A program made the position numbers and the translations under genes. A stretch of DNA of 64,000 bases, counting the filler, from Porpidia crustulata (Eukaryota): the NCBI GenBank assembly GCA_964255105.1. It is 18 parts of 18 records of this genome, joined end to end, with 100 filler letters (N's around TTAATTAATTAA, not from the genome) between each part and the next. Parts side by side here need not be neighbours in the genome. Positions count along the whole stretch, not along the records: positions 51,093 to 54,597 come from CAXUWE010002299.1; positions 54,698 to 58,193 come from CAXUWE010002300.1; positions 58,294 to 61,772 come from CAXUWE010002301.1; positions 61,873 to 64,000 come from CAXUWE010002444.1; 14 more parts are not named here. One strand, written 5' to 3'. Below, in pieces: positions 51,093 to 63,357 of this stretch (position 1 is the first letter of the stretch; every line of letters starts with the position of its first letter). The notes under the pieces were generated by a model that had not been told where the DNA came from, did no database searches, and saw nothing but the letters and a program-made list of their open reading frames with translations.

Positions 51093-52320
51093 ATTAGGGT
51101 GTAGCTTGCTGGAACAGTGGTATTCGGGAGAGCGCTGCTGCCGTTGAGGGAGCTTTCGTAGCGAGGCTTGACAACTTTTAGGAGTTTCAGGGCAGGGGGA
51201 TTGGTGGTTGGGAAGCCAGTAGGTCTAAGCATTTGTAGATTTGTGACGGGAGCGGAGAGTTCGGCTATTTGGGCGCTGTATCGGCTCTTGGCGACGTCCC
51301 AGGTCTGGATTTTCCCATTTTTATGGCCAGACAGGAGAGAGGTGCCATCGTAGCTGACTTGAAGGCAGAGTGTTGCGGCAGAAGATTCCCCTGGTGAGGG
51401 CCATCTATCTGATGGCGGAGGTTGAGTAGGTGTGAATTGTAACGCGGGATCATGCAGTGCATGTGTGAGCGATGGTTGTTTGTAGAAATCGATGAGTTGG
51501 ATGCTGCCGTCGCTGTATCCAGCATAGACGGCACGGTCCGCGGGATCGAGTGTCAGACAAAAGGGAGTGGATGGGAGTAGGTAGGTGTGAAGCGCCGAGC
51601 CATTGGTATAATCCCAGACGATTACAGTGTTGTCTTTCGAGGCGGATACTGCAATGTTGGTACTGCTGGAGCTGTGACCGAGTTCAATGGCATTGATAGC
51701 CCCGTGGTGATTTGAGAGGCTCCTTGTTGGGGAGAAAGGGAGCGGCTGACTGGGGTCGTTGATGGATGACGCTGAGAATGAAAGCAACGACTGTATAGAC
51801 CAGACGTGGATGTTGGAGTCCAGGGATCCAGAGAGGAGGAAGTTCGACGTTGGTTCTATACCCAGGCACGTCGTCGCTTGGAGATGGGATTGTGGAGTTG
51901 AAACTTGACGGCCAGTCCCTAGCTACTTCTGATGGTCAGACTATTGTAGGATAAAGAGTTCTTGACAACATCTACCTCCCACAATATCACTCTTCCACCC
52001 TCTGTTCCAAGCACAAGCACTCCAGCACCATCTGCGTCCCCTGCAAGCGCGATGCTGTGGATCCTTTCGGGAAACGGCACAACTGCTTCTTGATTGCCAT
52101 TGTCTCTGCTGTAGACATGAACAACAGCTTTATCAGCTTGCGCGGCGAATATATGCGATGCGCTGACCGCTATGCAGTTTGGTTGCGCCGAAGATTTTTT
52201 GAAGCTGCTTGTTAGGGCTGGTAGCGGCTGGAAGTCATAGAGATGTATACCAAGGTCCTTGTTTGTATGATTAGATTTCTCGGGAGCTGATGTTGTGACA
52301 ATGAAGCTTTCCTTGAGCAT
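51093..52320 (-). CDS. IPI3: Pre-rRNA processing WD40 protein IPI3, 3'-truncated; intron 51975-51923
   Basis: HIFAAQADKAVVHVY, QEAVVPFPERI, GTEGGRVILWE-LGTGR and LDPADRAVYAG. Confidence 0.9.
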
Positions 52321-52699
52321 GATGTTGAAATGCTGTTTTCGGTAGACGAAATATGTCTCTTCCATTCTTGGAGAATTCAAGATCACGTGTAGATAACGCG
52401 GGCTGTACCCTAATCTTCAAGCCTATGTGCACGCGTGCCTACCCGGCAGTGCCGGCTTAGATCTTCAGCAATATGAAGACTATGTGCTTTTGGGTGCCAA
52501 AGTTAAGTGGATCACTAGATCTGGGAAAATGTTCTTTCAGGCTATTGCTCACGATTATGACATAACTCGGTGTTGAACCAAATTCGAACGCATCTGTTCT
52601 TTGCAAATCCTCTATATATCAACTTCCGCTCATCGGCTCATGAGCCGATGAGCGTTGCTATTGAAACTATATCCTTTTCTCAATCAAGCACAAAAGCCA

Positions 52700-53865
52700 A
52701 TGGCTTCTGCAGTGTTTGGAAATGGTACATCAGCCGAGGAAGACGACCGTCCACGACATATTCCGCAGGTCGATTACGACAGCAAGTCTGGAGAGTCCAA
52801 GCTCATAGTGACTGTCTTCGCCAAGGACAGGCCCTCAAGAGATACCCATGTCTCGAGTCATGGACAAGAACTCGATTCTTCAAAATTCGAGGCCAATTTC
52901 TCTAGCCTCCTCATAAATCTTTTGCTTCCGGAACCTTTGTCCATTCTATCCTCCCAAACGCTCTCTCCCTTCGTCTACCAGCAAACCTATACCACGTCGC
53001 CTTCCTTTCCTAAACCGTCCACTCTGCGCCATGACCCCTTTCTAATCAGCCTTGAAAGAGCAGGCTCCTTTGAACTCGTCTTTGATCTTATCCCATCATG
53101 CCCTCCGAAGCCCTTCCGCCCCCTCAAACTCGCAGTCTTCGACATGGACTCGACGCTCATCGAGGAGGAAGTCATTGACGAGCTAGCGCGCTCAATTGGT
53201 ATCACTGATCAAGTCTCAGCCATCACTGCTCGTGCTATGAATGGAGAAATTGCGTTTGAGCAGTCTCTTCTCGAGCGTCTTGCACTTCTAGAAGGTGTCA
53301 AGGCGGATGTCTGGGAAGATTTGAAGAATTCGATAAATATCGCTCCAGGAGTAAAGGAGCTGTGCGTGGCACTTCGGGAACGGGGAGTCAAGATGGCCGT
53401 TGTTAGCGGCGGCTTCATGCCAATGGCCGAATGGCTGAAAGAGCAATTAGGCCTTGATTATGCCTATGCAAATCATGTAAATTTCCGAATTGACCCAGCT
53501 TTGTGAACAAATTCACACTAACGAAATCCCTCTAGATCTCCATATCTCCACCTACAGCCGCATACCCTTTCACTCATTTATCGGGCAAACCATCGCCACA
53601 GCATCCAATCATTACCCCCGAACGAAAGCGACATATCCTTCTTTCCCTCGCTTCAGAACATTCTATCCCCTTATCCGAGACCATGGCCGTAGGAGATGGT
53701 TCCAATGACCTCCTCATGCTAGGGGAGGCTGGCTTAGGGCTAGCATGGAGGGCAAAAACCAAAGTACAGATAGCAGCGCCGCAGAGATTGAACGGCGAGG
53801 ATTTGAGGGATTTATTGTTCTTGTTGGGAGAGCCCGATCCTACGACGGTGAAGAACACGCAGTGA
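52700..53865 (+). CDS. SER2: Phosphoserine phosphatase (HAD); exons 52700-53476 and 53536-53865
   Basis: FDMDSTLI, ITARAMNGE, VVSGGF and AVGDGSNDL. Confidence 0.94.
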
Positions 53866-54697
53866 AATGTTGAGCACAATATACCATTCGTGGTATAGAA
53901 TTCCCATTGCTCAGACGCTCGAGCATAGCAACATGCTGGCTACAAGCCACTTATTGCGTGGCGTAAATCCATATCAAAGTCCTCCAAGCAAACTTAAAGC
54001 AGATCCACTATCAATCTCCCACCATCAAAGAGTCAGCAGTCTCGACAATACTGAACCCAAAGCCTCGACTTTCAAGCTATGCGGAACAAAGACGATCCGT
54101 CATAGCTGTCCAGGGTCAAGGTTATCGAATCATCCAGATCCGCAATTCGGTCAAATACTAGCCTCACAGGTCCGAATCTCTCAGCACTTGCTGGATTGGA
54201 CTACGGACATCCACAACCGTCGTTTCATATACTTTTGCAAAGACTTAACCTGGGCAATGGAAAGCCATTCACTCATAATTCCGGCGCCCCTCCCCTGCCT
54301 CACTACTCGAACGGCCCACTCGACATTACAAACTAATCCTTATTCCCTAACTTCTCCATCCCCCGGCGGGTATCTTCAAACTCCGCTCACCGACCCCTCC
54401 CAGTCTCTCACCATCACCTTCCTTCTCACAACCACAAGCATCCAGAACGCTCTCAAAGCCTCGGAAACATTCTCGAGCATTTTCATACCGATAGCGAAAT
54501 CACAAGTATCCAATAAACCTACGATCGAGGCATAGAGGATCTTATAACACTATCTATGTACATGTAGATTTTGTTGGAAATTGATATAGATATAGATNNN
54601 NNNNNNNNNNNNNNNNNNNNNNNNNNNNNNNNNNNNNNNNNTTAATTAATTAANNNNNNNNNNNNNNNNNNNNNNNNNNNNNNNNNNNNNNNNNNNN

Positions 54698-57600
54698 GGT
54701 GAGTTGATCGATAACGAGGTCAAAGACATGGAGCTCGTTGGATACGGTGATTAGGAATCTGTCCATGATACCCAGGGCGAGTAAATCGCCGTTGAACATT
54801 CCTGTTTTGGTCCGTTGAATCGATCCGTTATCGGTGTCGATAATGTGGATTATACAAGATGAAGATGATTGGTATCCAACGGCCAGCATAGATCCATCGG
54901 GAGAGAATGCGATCTTGGCACCTGGTCCAGCAGTATCGAGCTTTGGAGCCTCCAAATTTGTGATTTGACGGCATTTCCAGCTTGTCAAGCTTTGGCCGTC
55001 TTTCCCTCGAACTTCTAAGCCATTACGCCTTCGTACAGATGGCCTCCATATACGAACAGTTCCATCATTTCCAATTGTTGAAAAGCCAAGACTTGAAGGT
55101 ATTGAGGCTAGGTCATGCACGATACTTTGGCCGATGGTGTTGCCAGATTGGGAAGCATGAGGGTTGTCGATTCTTGACACCAACTCCCAGCTTTTCATTT
55201 CATCTTTCCACTGCCAAAATTTAAGAAAAATCTCAAGACGAGAATTCTGCTCCTCTGCGGTTTGCCCTTCATTGAAAGCTAGAGCTGCCACATCTCGCTT
55301 CGGCGGCATCCACTCATCCACAGTGGCAAGCCATTGGCCGTCAGAACTTAATTGCATCATTGTCACATTGGGTTCTTCAATGACGTTAGACTCTGGCCCA
55401 ATATTCACATCCGTCACGTTTGTCCGCGTCAAAGCCTGGCGCGATACCTGTTGCGAGGAAGAGATACCAAAGGTCTGCAGATATACTGCACTTTGCTTAC
55501 TTGTCAACAATTGTCTTGAGGTAGTCGAGGATGGCACTGCGAGAAGTATCTGACCAGGTTTTGTCGAACTTACAGCGGCTGGAAATCGTAGGCTTTGTAA
55601 AGGCAAAAAACCTCTTGTAGGTGCATCAACGGTTGGCAAATGAGGCAAATTGTTGGCAGCATTTCTCGCAATAGGGATTTGAATACCAGACACACTGAAG
55701 GTCGGCTGAAGCTCCGATGTAGATAGAATCATAGCGGAATTATCAGCAAGTCGAACAGCATACGAAGAGCCGATTGGTGAGACGACTACGCTCTCGATTG
55801 GAGCAGACAGATGAGGCAATGGTTGAGTTTTTCCTGTATCCAGCTGCCATATTTGCAAAACAGTCTCCAAGCCGCCGGAGATGATGTAGTTTCCTAACCC
55901 ATTAGCTATATTCTACAAGTTAATGATACGACACATACCGTCTGCAGACCATTTCACCGAAAGTACCGCATTCCTATGCCAATGTTTACGATGGGAAATA
56001 ACGTCAGAGCCTTTGTTAGCCCCAGGACGCCGCTCTGCCTCTTTGATTGTTGTGAGTAGGTCGTGATATATAAATATGGAGCCTTTTAAACCCCCTAAAA
56101 CAACATTCAAAGCGCCGTAAAACGACTTTGCCGGCTTTGCCTTCTTCAATGCTACGTCTGGATGCTTGATTTGAATGTCACAGCTGGTGATCCACTCAGG
56201 ACATTCGATTTCCCGCCACGTATACGTGACGTCTTTCAATGGACTAGTATCGGGCATTTCCGTAGTCCCAAACATCAAGTACGCTCCGGAAGTCGCGACA
56301 ATTACTCTCCCGTTATCAAATACTTTGAGGGAGGTCAACGGTTGTGGACACTTCCGCAAAGTACCTAATTCAGTCTTTCTGGCCTCCATCCCTCCGAAAA
56401 GTCGATGTGCCGTAATCATCCAAGGGCCTTCGCGCTTATTATCAACCGTATAGATTAGACCATTACCTTTTTCTTTTAGACTTGGCTTTGAGACCACTAT
56501 GGAGTGTATGGGTAAAGATATATTCCAGTATTCTAGATTTATCCCAGTAATCCAGTCCCACTTCTCAATCATGCCTGAAGAGGTAGAAATGTAAAGGTGA
56601 TTTGATTCCTTTGAGGAGAAAGAGAACGCCGTAACGCAGTCTGTTCGACTTGATTGTAATTTGCGTACTAGGAATGAGTTTGATGTCGAGTAGACATGTA
56701 TTGCGGAATGATACGCAAGTAATAGATATCTGTAAATATTAGGTTTCAGTAAATATTGGTTCGATTAAAGGAAGTTGACTGACTCTTCATTTAGAGAGAA
56801 TAAGGGATCTAGATCAAGCATCTGACCGCCACAAGGCTCTGAGACTTTCCATGACGGAGGCTTTTGCAAGATTTGCTCTTGCTTTCTCTTTCGACTGTCA
56901 CGGCGCGTGAGAGCTTTAGTGGAAGCATTCACGTTTATAGCTGATGTGGTCTCTAGATTTGTGACAACCCTCTTTTTTGAGTGCAGACTAGCCTGACCGG
57001 GTTTTTCTGCATTCTCTACCTTTTCTTGATTCCTTCTCTTCCTTTTCCTTCTAGACTCTGTGCGGCTTGACCTTATAGCCGAGGGATTTTGATTTCGAAC
57101 AGGCTGGGCGCTCTGCAAGCCATTGGCCACACCATTGACAAGTTGCGAGCCGTCCAAACCATTTGCTATAGGGCTTCCTACATCTTCTTGATCCTTGCTC
57201 CTCTCTCTTTTTGCTTCTTGTGTCTGGGCTTTTTTGGTCGACAATTCTTCGTCTGAAGTAGCAGCTTCTGTGCCCTCAATAGCCTCGATTACGATACCAT
57301 CAGATTGCAAACTACCTTGAGCGTCTAATTCTGCACCATCAGCCTGCCGTTTTGCCTTTTTCCTATGTCTTTCCGCTCGTCGTTTGAGCACCTTGCTCGG
57401 CAGTTCTGACCTTAGAGCCGGCGAAACGTTTTCCAAAGCTCTCACAGTAAGTTCACCTGGTTGTGGGCTTTCTTGATCTTCAGTCAATGGTAACCTATCT
57501 TCCTCGCTCTTTCGTGGCTGTGTTTCTCTTTTGACTTCCTGTCGTTTCAACGTTTCACTCGAAGGATCTGTCTTTGGGGCAGAAGAGCCATCTCGCAAGA

Positions 57601-57724
57601 GCTTGGGCGAGTTGATTGCAGGATCCAAAGGTTCCGAGGGTTTCGGACCATCCTCTGAATGTTCCTTTGCTTTCTTGTACTTCGCGCCCTCGACATCGCC
57701 TCTTTCACGCTTTCTTTTCCCCAT
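54698..57724 (-). CDS. UTP17: t-UTP/SSU processome WD40 protein UTP17/NAN1 (WDR75), 3'-truncated; exons 57724-56784, 56729-55939, 55893-54698
   Basis: HWHRNAVLSVKWSADGNYIISGGLETVLQIWQLDTG, LPHLSAPI, QVSRQALTRTN, DGQWLATVDEW and LKFWQW...RIDNPH. Confidence 0.9.
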
Positions 57725-58026
57725 AGCTGCTACTTTGTATTGTTTGAGTATCGAGTCTTAATTACGTATAATTGTCTCGCCAGGGTACAAGATCTACCTT
57801 ACTGTCGTTCAAACCAATGGCGCCGATTATGGAACAAGCGAATTCAAAGTATGATATCCATAGGGCTGGAATGATTTCGTGGTTGGGGCGGAATTTATTC
57901 CGCGATTTTGCTCCAAACGGAACAATCCTTGAGGGCTACCTACTGTCTTTCCGTTATTTTATATGATAAATTCGCCAACTAGAACGAAGGCCACCTCCAC
58001 CATCAACCAGAGTAGACAAACTCAAC

Positions 58027-58177
58027 ATGATCATCCCAGTCCGATGCTTCTCCTGCGGCAAGGTACATCTATCCCCCCGCCACGAAAAATCACACCCCCC
58101 TGACCATACACTCCACAGGTAATAGGCGACCTCTGGGAAAGCTACCTCAAGCTCCTCGACGACGGCGTAGGCGACGG
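58027..58177 (+). CDS. RPB10: RNA polymerase I/II/III subunit RPABC5, 3'-truncated; exons 58027-58062 and 58119-58177
   Basis: MIIPVRCFSCGK|VIGDLWESYLKLL, with a GTACAT...CTGAC...CAG intron; the next GTACGT donor runs into the contig end. Confidence 0.96.
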
Positions 58178-59244
58178 GTACGTCTTCCAACCCNNNNNNN
58201 NNNNNNNNNNNNNNNNNNNNNNNNNNNNNNNNNNNNNTTAATTAATTAANNNNNNNNNNNNNNNNNNNNNNNNNNNNNNNNNNNNNNNNNNNNCGAGAAT
58301 GCAGGTACATAGTACCTAATCCAATTAATGGGTCTAACCCATCACAAAATCACTGAATTTCTTCTTCGATTCATCAGAAAATATTACATGTTTAATTAAT
58401 TTCTTGAAGATCGACTTTTTTCTTCAACTTTCGTTAAGAATTTCTTTTTAATAATTGATTAATTATTATTATTGTTGGAAAGTGCGGTAGGACGAAGGCC
58501 TAACCTCCTCATTATCTAGTCGGTGTGAATGGATGGATTGGATCTAGTGATAGGGCTTTGCCCTACCCCTGTCTTATGTGACCACCTGGCCACTCAACCT
58601 TCTAGTTCTGCACGTTATTCAGTAGCAATACTATGACAGTCACCCTACCTGTTCAACAATTATCGTTAAAGTTCTTATTAAAGCATTTATGACAAGTATC
58701 TAATAGCAGTTTGCTGCACCCTAATTATCCGAGCGCAGAGTCCACCCAAGTTACTATTTTAAACCTGATATTTGAAGTCACTCAGTACACTCGTTCTGTA
58801 TTTCTCAAGGGTTCAAATCCCTCTACGGGTCACATCAACTCCTGCTCGATCTAATCATCCTAATCCTTTGCCAGGGTGACCCGTTGAGTGGTATGAGAGC
58901 CAGCAACTCGCGATGTCAATCTTTGCGTCTAGCTAATTACTCTTTTAAGCAACGTCCGAGCATCGTTGTTCAATATATCGTTAAATCACCTATACACATT
59001 TGTGTATCAGAAATCAATTGATGAAAACGTCGTTCGAAAACAGTGTCGAGGTCACCTCGAATCGAACGTCTCTTCAAGCGTTCCGCATTCAGCTGGAGCA
59101 GCATGCCGCTCGCCACCCGCCATTCTATGCTCTGCCTTCCTCTCAGTTTGAAGCTGCGGTTACTCAATTCCAGATGGATTTGGAGACAGAAGACGCGACA
59201 TAATCCAGGTCAGTCATGATGTAATTGTGACAATGGACGCGGTC

Positions 59245-60952
59245 TCAGTCGGATGCTTGAACATCCACTGGAGCCCTGGAACGGCCGCGGATTCGTGGAA
59301 ACTTCAACTTCCCAAAGCCACGAGAAGTTGCGGTCGCATTGGGTGGATGCTCGTCTGACTGGCTTTGTAGCCCGGGATTTATTTCCCTGATCACATTGAT
59401 AGGATCCAGTGCATCGTATAGTGCTTCTACAAGGATATCTACCATGTAGTACTTGGTTCCTGCGTGTATCCGCGGGTCTGCACGGACGCGTACCAGGTGG
59501 TTCTTCAGAACCATATTAGTTCCCGGTGCTTGTGGACTGAATGATGTTTGGAGTTCTTCGAAATTTGCGATTTCGGATACAGACGATCGCGAAGCCGACT
59601 CCAAAGTCCGTTGTCGAACCTAGCAGGATGGCGAATCTTTCACCGTCAATGCGCTCGAGTTAAAGCGCTCCGGCCAATCGATAATCTTCTTTGCTGATCT
59701 CGAAAGTATACGGCCTTCTGGCTGGTGGCCATGTCTGCGAGGTGAAAATTGGGACTGGTACACCTTCTATCGAGGTAGGTATGACCTTGATCAGCTCGTA
59801 GCCGTCGTCTCGGGTAGGACCTTTTCGGAGTTGAAAAGCGTGTAGCGGATAGATATCTTGAGGCCTGAGGTTCGTTACAAAATTACGCACGTACACAGTC
59901 GCGATACTGCCTCTCGCACTAATTTTGCAAAGGGATCGGGGCTTTACTCTAACATATTGGTGGTCTCCGGTAGGGACGCGTTTAAGGTATATGCCTAGGA
60001 ATCTTTCGTAGCCGGGCGGTGCTGGACAATCAAGAGCTGCGACGTAAAGGTCTTTCTCATAAGGACTGAGATGTAGTTCAATGCGTAGGCCTTTATTACT
60101 TATCGAAAAAGGAGCGCTGGGTTCCCAACTATGGTACGGCATGATGTTACCGGAATTGACGAAATGCGCTGGCGACTTTGCGAGCAGTCCGTGTTGATAG
60201 TCTTCAGATGCAGTTGGGTCGGTCCATGCAAACAGAGACTGATCATCTGAATGTTTCATAATCTCTTCTTGCAATCTTATGAATGCTTTCTGTCCTTCTC
60301 CGTACAGCAACGGCATGTTGACGTCGAAAATGCCCATCAAGCAGTACGCAATGTCTTCTATCCTTGTCACGGCTCTACGGGAAGCCCAAGACATTCTTTT
60401 CGCCACGCTTATAGATTCCAGATCCATCACACCGGTAAGGATGCCTACATTGATGCCGGTGATCTCTGCTAAGACGTCATGTAAAGTCGATTTGGTTCCG
60501 ACTTCGATCCAATCACGCGAGAAGAAAATCAAGTCCGATGGTTCTATGAGCTCTTGCAAAGTCCATCCTCGTTTAAACCATCTGATGTCAGCAAATTCCG
60601 AGCTTAACATTTTAGTATCCACATTCGCGGGGACATCTGCGAGATATGCATAGCATTTCTTTGCTGCCTGGTACCATGAATACATTGAATTAATAGACTC
60701 TGACAATTCAGCGCTACTTCTTTTGTCTATGCAGCAAGTATCAATCCAAATGTAATTAAATCCGTCGGCGGCGGCTTGCCTGCAGGAGTGTTGAATCTTT
60801 TTATATCCTGCCTTGCCCGCAGCGCCACCTCTTTCCATGTCCGCGAAGAGCACTTCATCCTCTTCCCATGTATGGGAAAGGATAGCATAAGCTGGAATTT
60901 GATTGGCGGCGAAATCTCTGAGCTGGAGGGTGGAGGAATTCAAAAGGTGCAT
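59245..60952 (-). pseudogene. HET-domain gene with an intact N-terminal ORF (60952-59660) and an apparently disrupted C-terminus
   Basis: HET motifs YAILSHTW, WIDTCCIDK, ELSESINSM, WFKRGWTLQEL, RMSWAS and MPLLYGEG. Protein-like sequence continues past the TAA at 59662-59660 and then in another frame to the TGA at 59245. Confidence 0.75.
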
Positions 60953-62742
60953 AGCAAAGAAAGAGGACGAACGATATCATCGATTCCCTACCAAAGCTCA
61001 AAATCTATGTAGTCGAGGCCTTGGTTTCCCCGGAAGATTATGCGGTCCGTCGAAGTTCTTACCGAAACGCACGCGCACTAAAAGATTAATGAGGATAGAA
61101 CGGATCGAGATTACTCGGGGCGTGTTCACTAATCCATGTACAGAAAATTAGGTCATTGGTATTATTCAACAGTTCTACCACAAGAAATATATGCGAATAC
61201 ACTGAATTGTCAACGAAGATTTGCAGGTAGACTGAAGTAATGAGCAGAGCCTCGTCGGACTGGTCAGGCCGGAGGGGTTCACAATCAGCTGGGATTGCAA
61301 TCAGCGGGGGATGCAGTCAGCAGAGCCTGCGGGAAATCGTCGCCTAGAATAGGCTGAGTCTGCTGAGTGACGCAAGGACGCAGAAGCCTCAGCATCAGGC
61401 TGAGGATATGCGTAGGTATGGGTCTCATCTCATAGTTCTCGATATTCTTTGAATAATCACTTCCATGAAGGATTCTTAAAGTATAGCTGTGGTGATCGAG
61501 CTGTGGACGTCCAGGTCTTAAGCTTTAAATGGTCTTCGGTGATTGACAGAGAGCTGGTAAAATTGACAGCGCAGGCACCGGCATGATTTACGACATCCCA
61601 AGATACGCCAAACTCGAACCTCTAATTGCGATGTCGTTAGAAAAAAACGATTCGACCATGAGAGGACCAGCTGTCGGCGGATCAGGTATGGAATTGATGG
61701 CATTGGTATTGATGTTATTATTAGGAAGTTATCTAGGGGGTGGAACAGGAAATATAGGAAATTCTCCACTAGNNNNNNNNNNNNNNNNNNNNNNNNNNNN
61801 NNNNNNNNNNNNNNNNTTAATTAATTAANNNNNNNNNNNNNNNNNNNNNNNNNNNNNNNNNNNNNNNNNNNNGGGGAAGAAGGGGAAGGGGAAGACTTTA
61901 TGCTCATAACTGGGGCACCGAGACTTGATAGTGGCGCGAGGCTCCTCAAACTACATTTCTACAGTCAGGGAGGGACAACAGAATCGCTGACCTAATTGTC
62001 GGGTGGCGATGTCAATGCGTCTGAATAGTCCGTCGGACAAAGAGACTTGGGGGTGGTTACACAACCTCGGAGTGGGATGAGACCAAAGATGGACTGCGTC
62101 TCTGTCCACGACAAAAGCACTTACTCTCTCTATCACTTCCAATGCCATTAGCAGCCTTTCTGATAAAGGGAACGGCATGGTGTCTTTGTTTGTTGACTGC
62201 GAGTTTATCTGTAGCAGTAAGTAGAAAATAAGTTGAATCTAATTTAAAGAGCCAATCAGCCTTTATCGGCTTAATGTAAGCCATCCCGCAGTCTCTGAGA
62301 CGCTGATTGGCTGAAATGGCAAAGAATGTGATTTTAAGTGAAGCTTGTGGAAATTACTTATTCCATTGGGCGCTTGCGCTAGCAACGCTCCTCTTCTCGT
62401 GAATCTCCCTCCTGCTTTTCCTCACCTTTACCTTTTCAACTCTTCACCTCCTTCTTACTACGATTGTTTCACTCATTTGTTGCGAGTAATGGCTTCACTC
62501 TTTTAGCCGCTTATTTCGTGCCACGCTCCTTCCGCCCTCTAATCGTAATCAACGTCGTGATTCTCAACATCTCAAACGCCGAATTCCCCGCAGCACGCCG
62601 TACGCTAATCGAGGTATGTGCAGAGCAAACTTCGATGATCCGAACACTGGCCCGCATTATCTTTGCATCGTGCTCCTGCTAATGTCGAACAGATACTATA
62701 CACCCGATCTCAGACCTTACTTCCCACGCCCCATTGGGAACC

Positions 62743-63357
62743 ATGCCTACCCACCACCACCATGCTCATCTACACCACAATCACCTTCGATCCGACATCT
62801 CCCTGGACACTACTCTACATATCCGCGATAGCCTTCTCCCCCGCGATGATGCTAATTCTGCCGCTCTCACCCCAACAATGATCAAACTTATAATTGCTCT
62901 TATTGTCCTGCTCGTTGTTGGCATCTGCGCTGTCGCCGGCCTTTTCCTACTCCGCTCCCGCCGCAGGGCCAAGGACCAGCGAGAATCGGACCTGCCGGTC
63001 CACAAATCCAATCACCGTCGCCTCACCATCACTGCAGCTCCCTACGGCCGTCGCTCGGAGAGCATCTACGTTTACAAGGAGAAGGAGGTTCTTATCTCAG
63101 AGTCTGGCAGCCCGCCATCGAGTCCTATCCCCGAGATCCGTATCACCTTTCCGGAAGAGGAAGACGAGGCTGGAAAGCGCAAATCTGGACGCGTGGTCGT
63201 TGTGCGCATCAGTGAAACCGGTGGTGTCGGCTTAGAACCTTACAACGATGATCACCTACCGCCATACCAAAGAGCTGAATCGGAACGCTTCGAGTCCCTG
63301 GACCTTGACCGGATGGGAGGGCTCAAAGAGCTCGAGCGTGGTCCACGACCGTTATAA
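62743..63357 (+). CDS. Single-pass membrane hypothetical protein
   Basis: One TM helix (LIIALIVLLVVGICAVAGLFLL) followed by RSRRR, and a cytoplasmic PEIRITFPEE...SGRVVVVRI motif; a 5'-UTR intron is likely at 62614-62692. Confidence 0.8.
   Translation: MPTHHHHAHLHHNHLRSDISLDTTLHIRDSLLPRDDANSAALTPTMIKLIIALIVLLVVGICAVAGLFLLRSRRRAKDQRESDLPVHKSNHRRLTITAAPYGRRSESIYVYKEKEVLISESGSPPSSPIPEIRITFPEEEDEAGKRKSGRVVVVRISETGGVGLEPYNDDHLPPYQRAESERFESLDLDRMGGLKELERGPRPL

Noticed and set aside
53867..54535. 222-aa ORF directly after SER2
   Set aside because: It starts 1 nt after the SER2 stop, has no domain, and its composition follows the C-rich strand skew. Not supportable without expression data.
57954..58190. 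78-aa minus-strand ORF
   Set aside because: It is the antisense shadow of RPB10.
51093..58193. Apparent ribosome-biogenesis cluster IPI3-UTP17-RPB10
   Set aside because: IPI3 and UTP17 are separated by a linker; only the UTP17-RPB10 adjacency is real.
58715..58835. tRNA-like T-arm AGGGTTCAAATCCCT
   Set aside because: No convincing acceptor, D or anticodon stems could be folded. At most it is a relic B-box; tRNAscan-SE would decide.
3584..61872. Regularly spaced TTAATTAATTAA palindromes resembling a repeat array or CRISPR
   Set aside because: They are always embedded in fixed N44 flanks, so they are synthetic six-frame-stop linkers. ORFs ending in X...LIN are artefacts.
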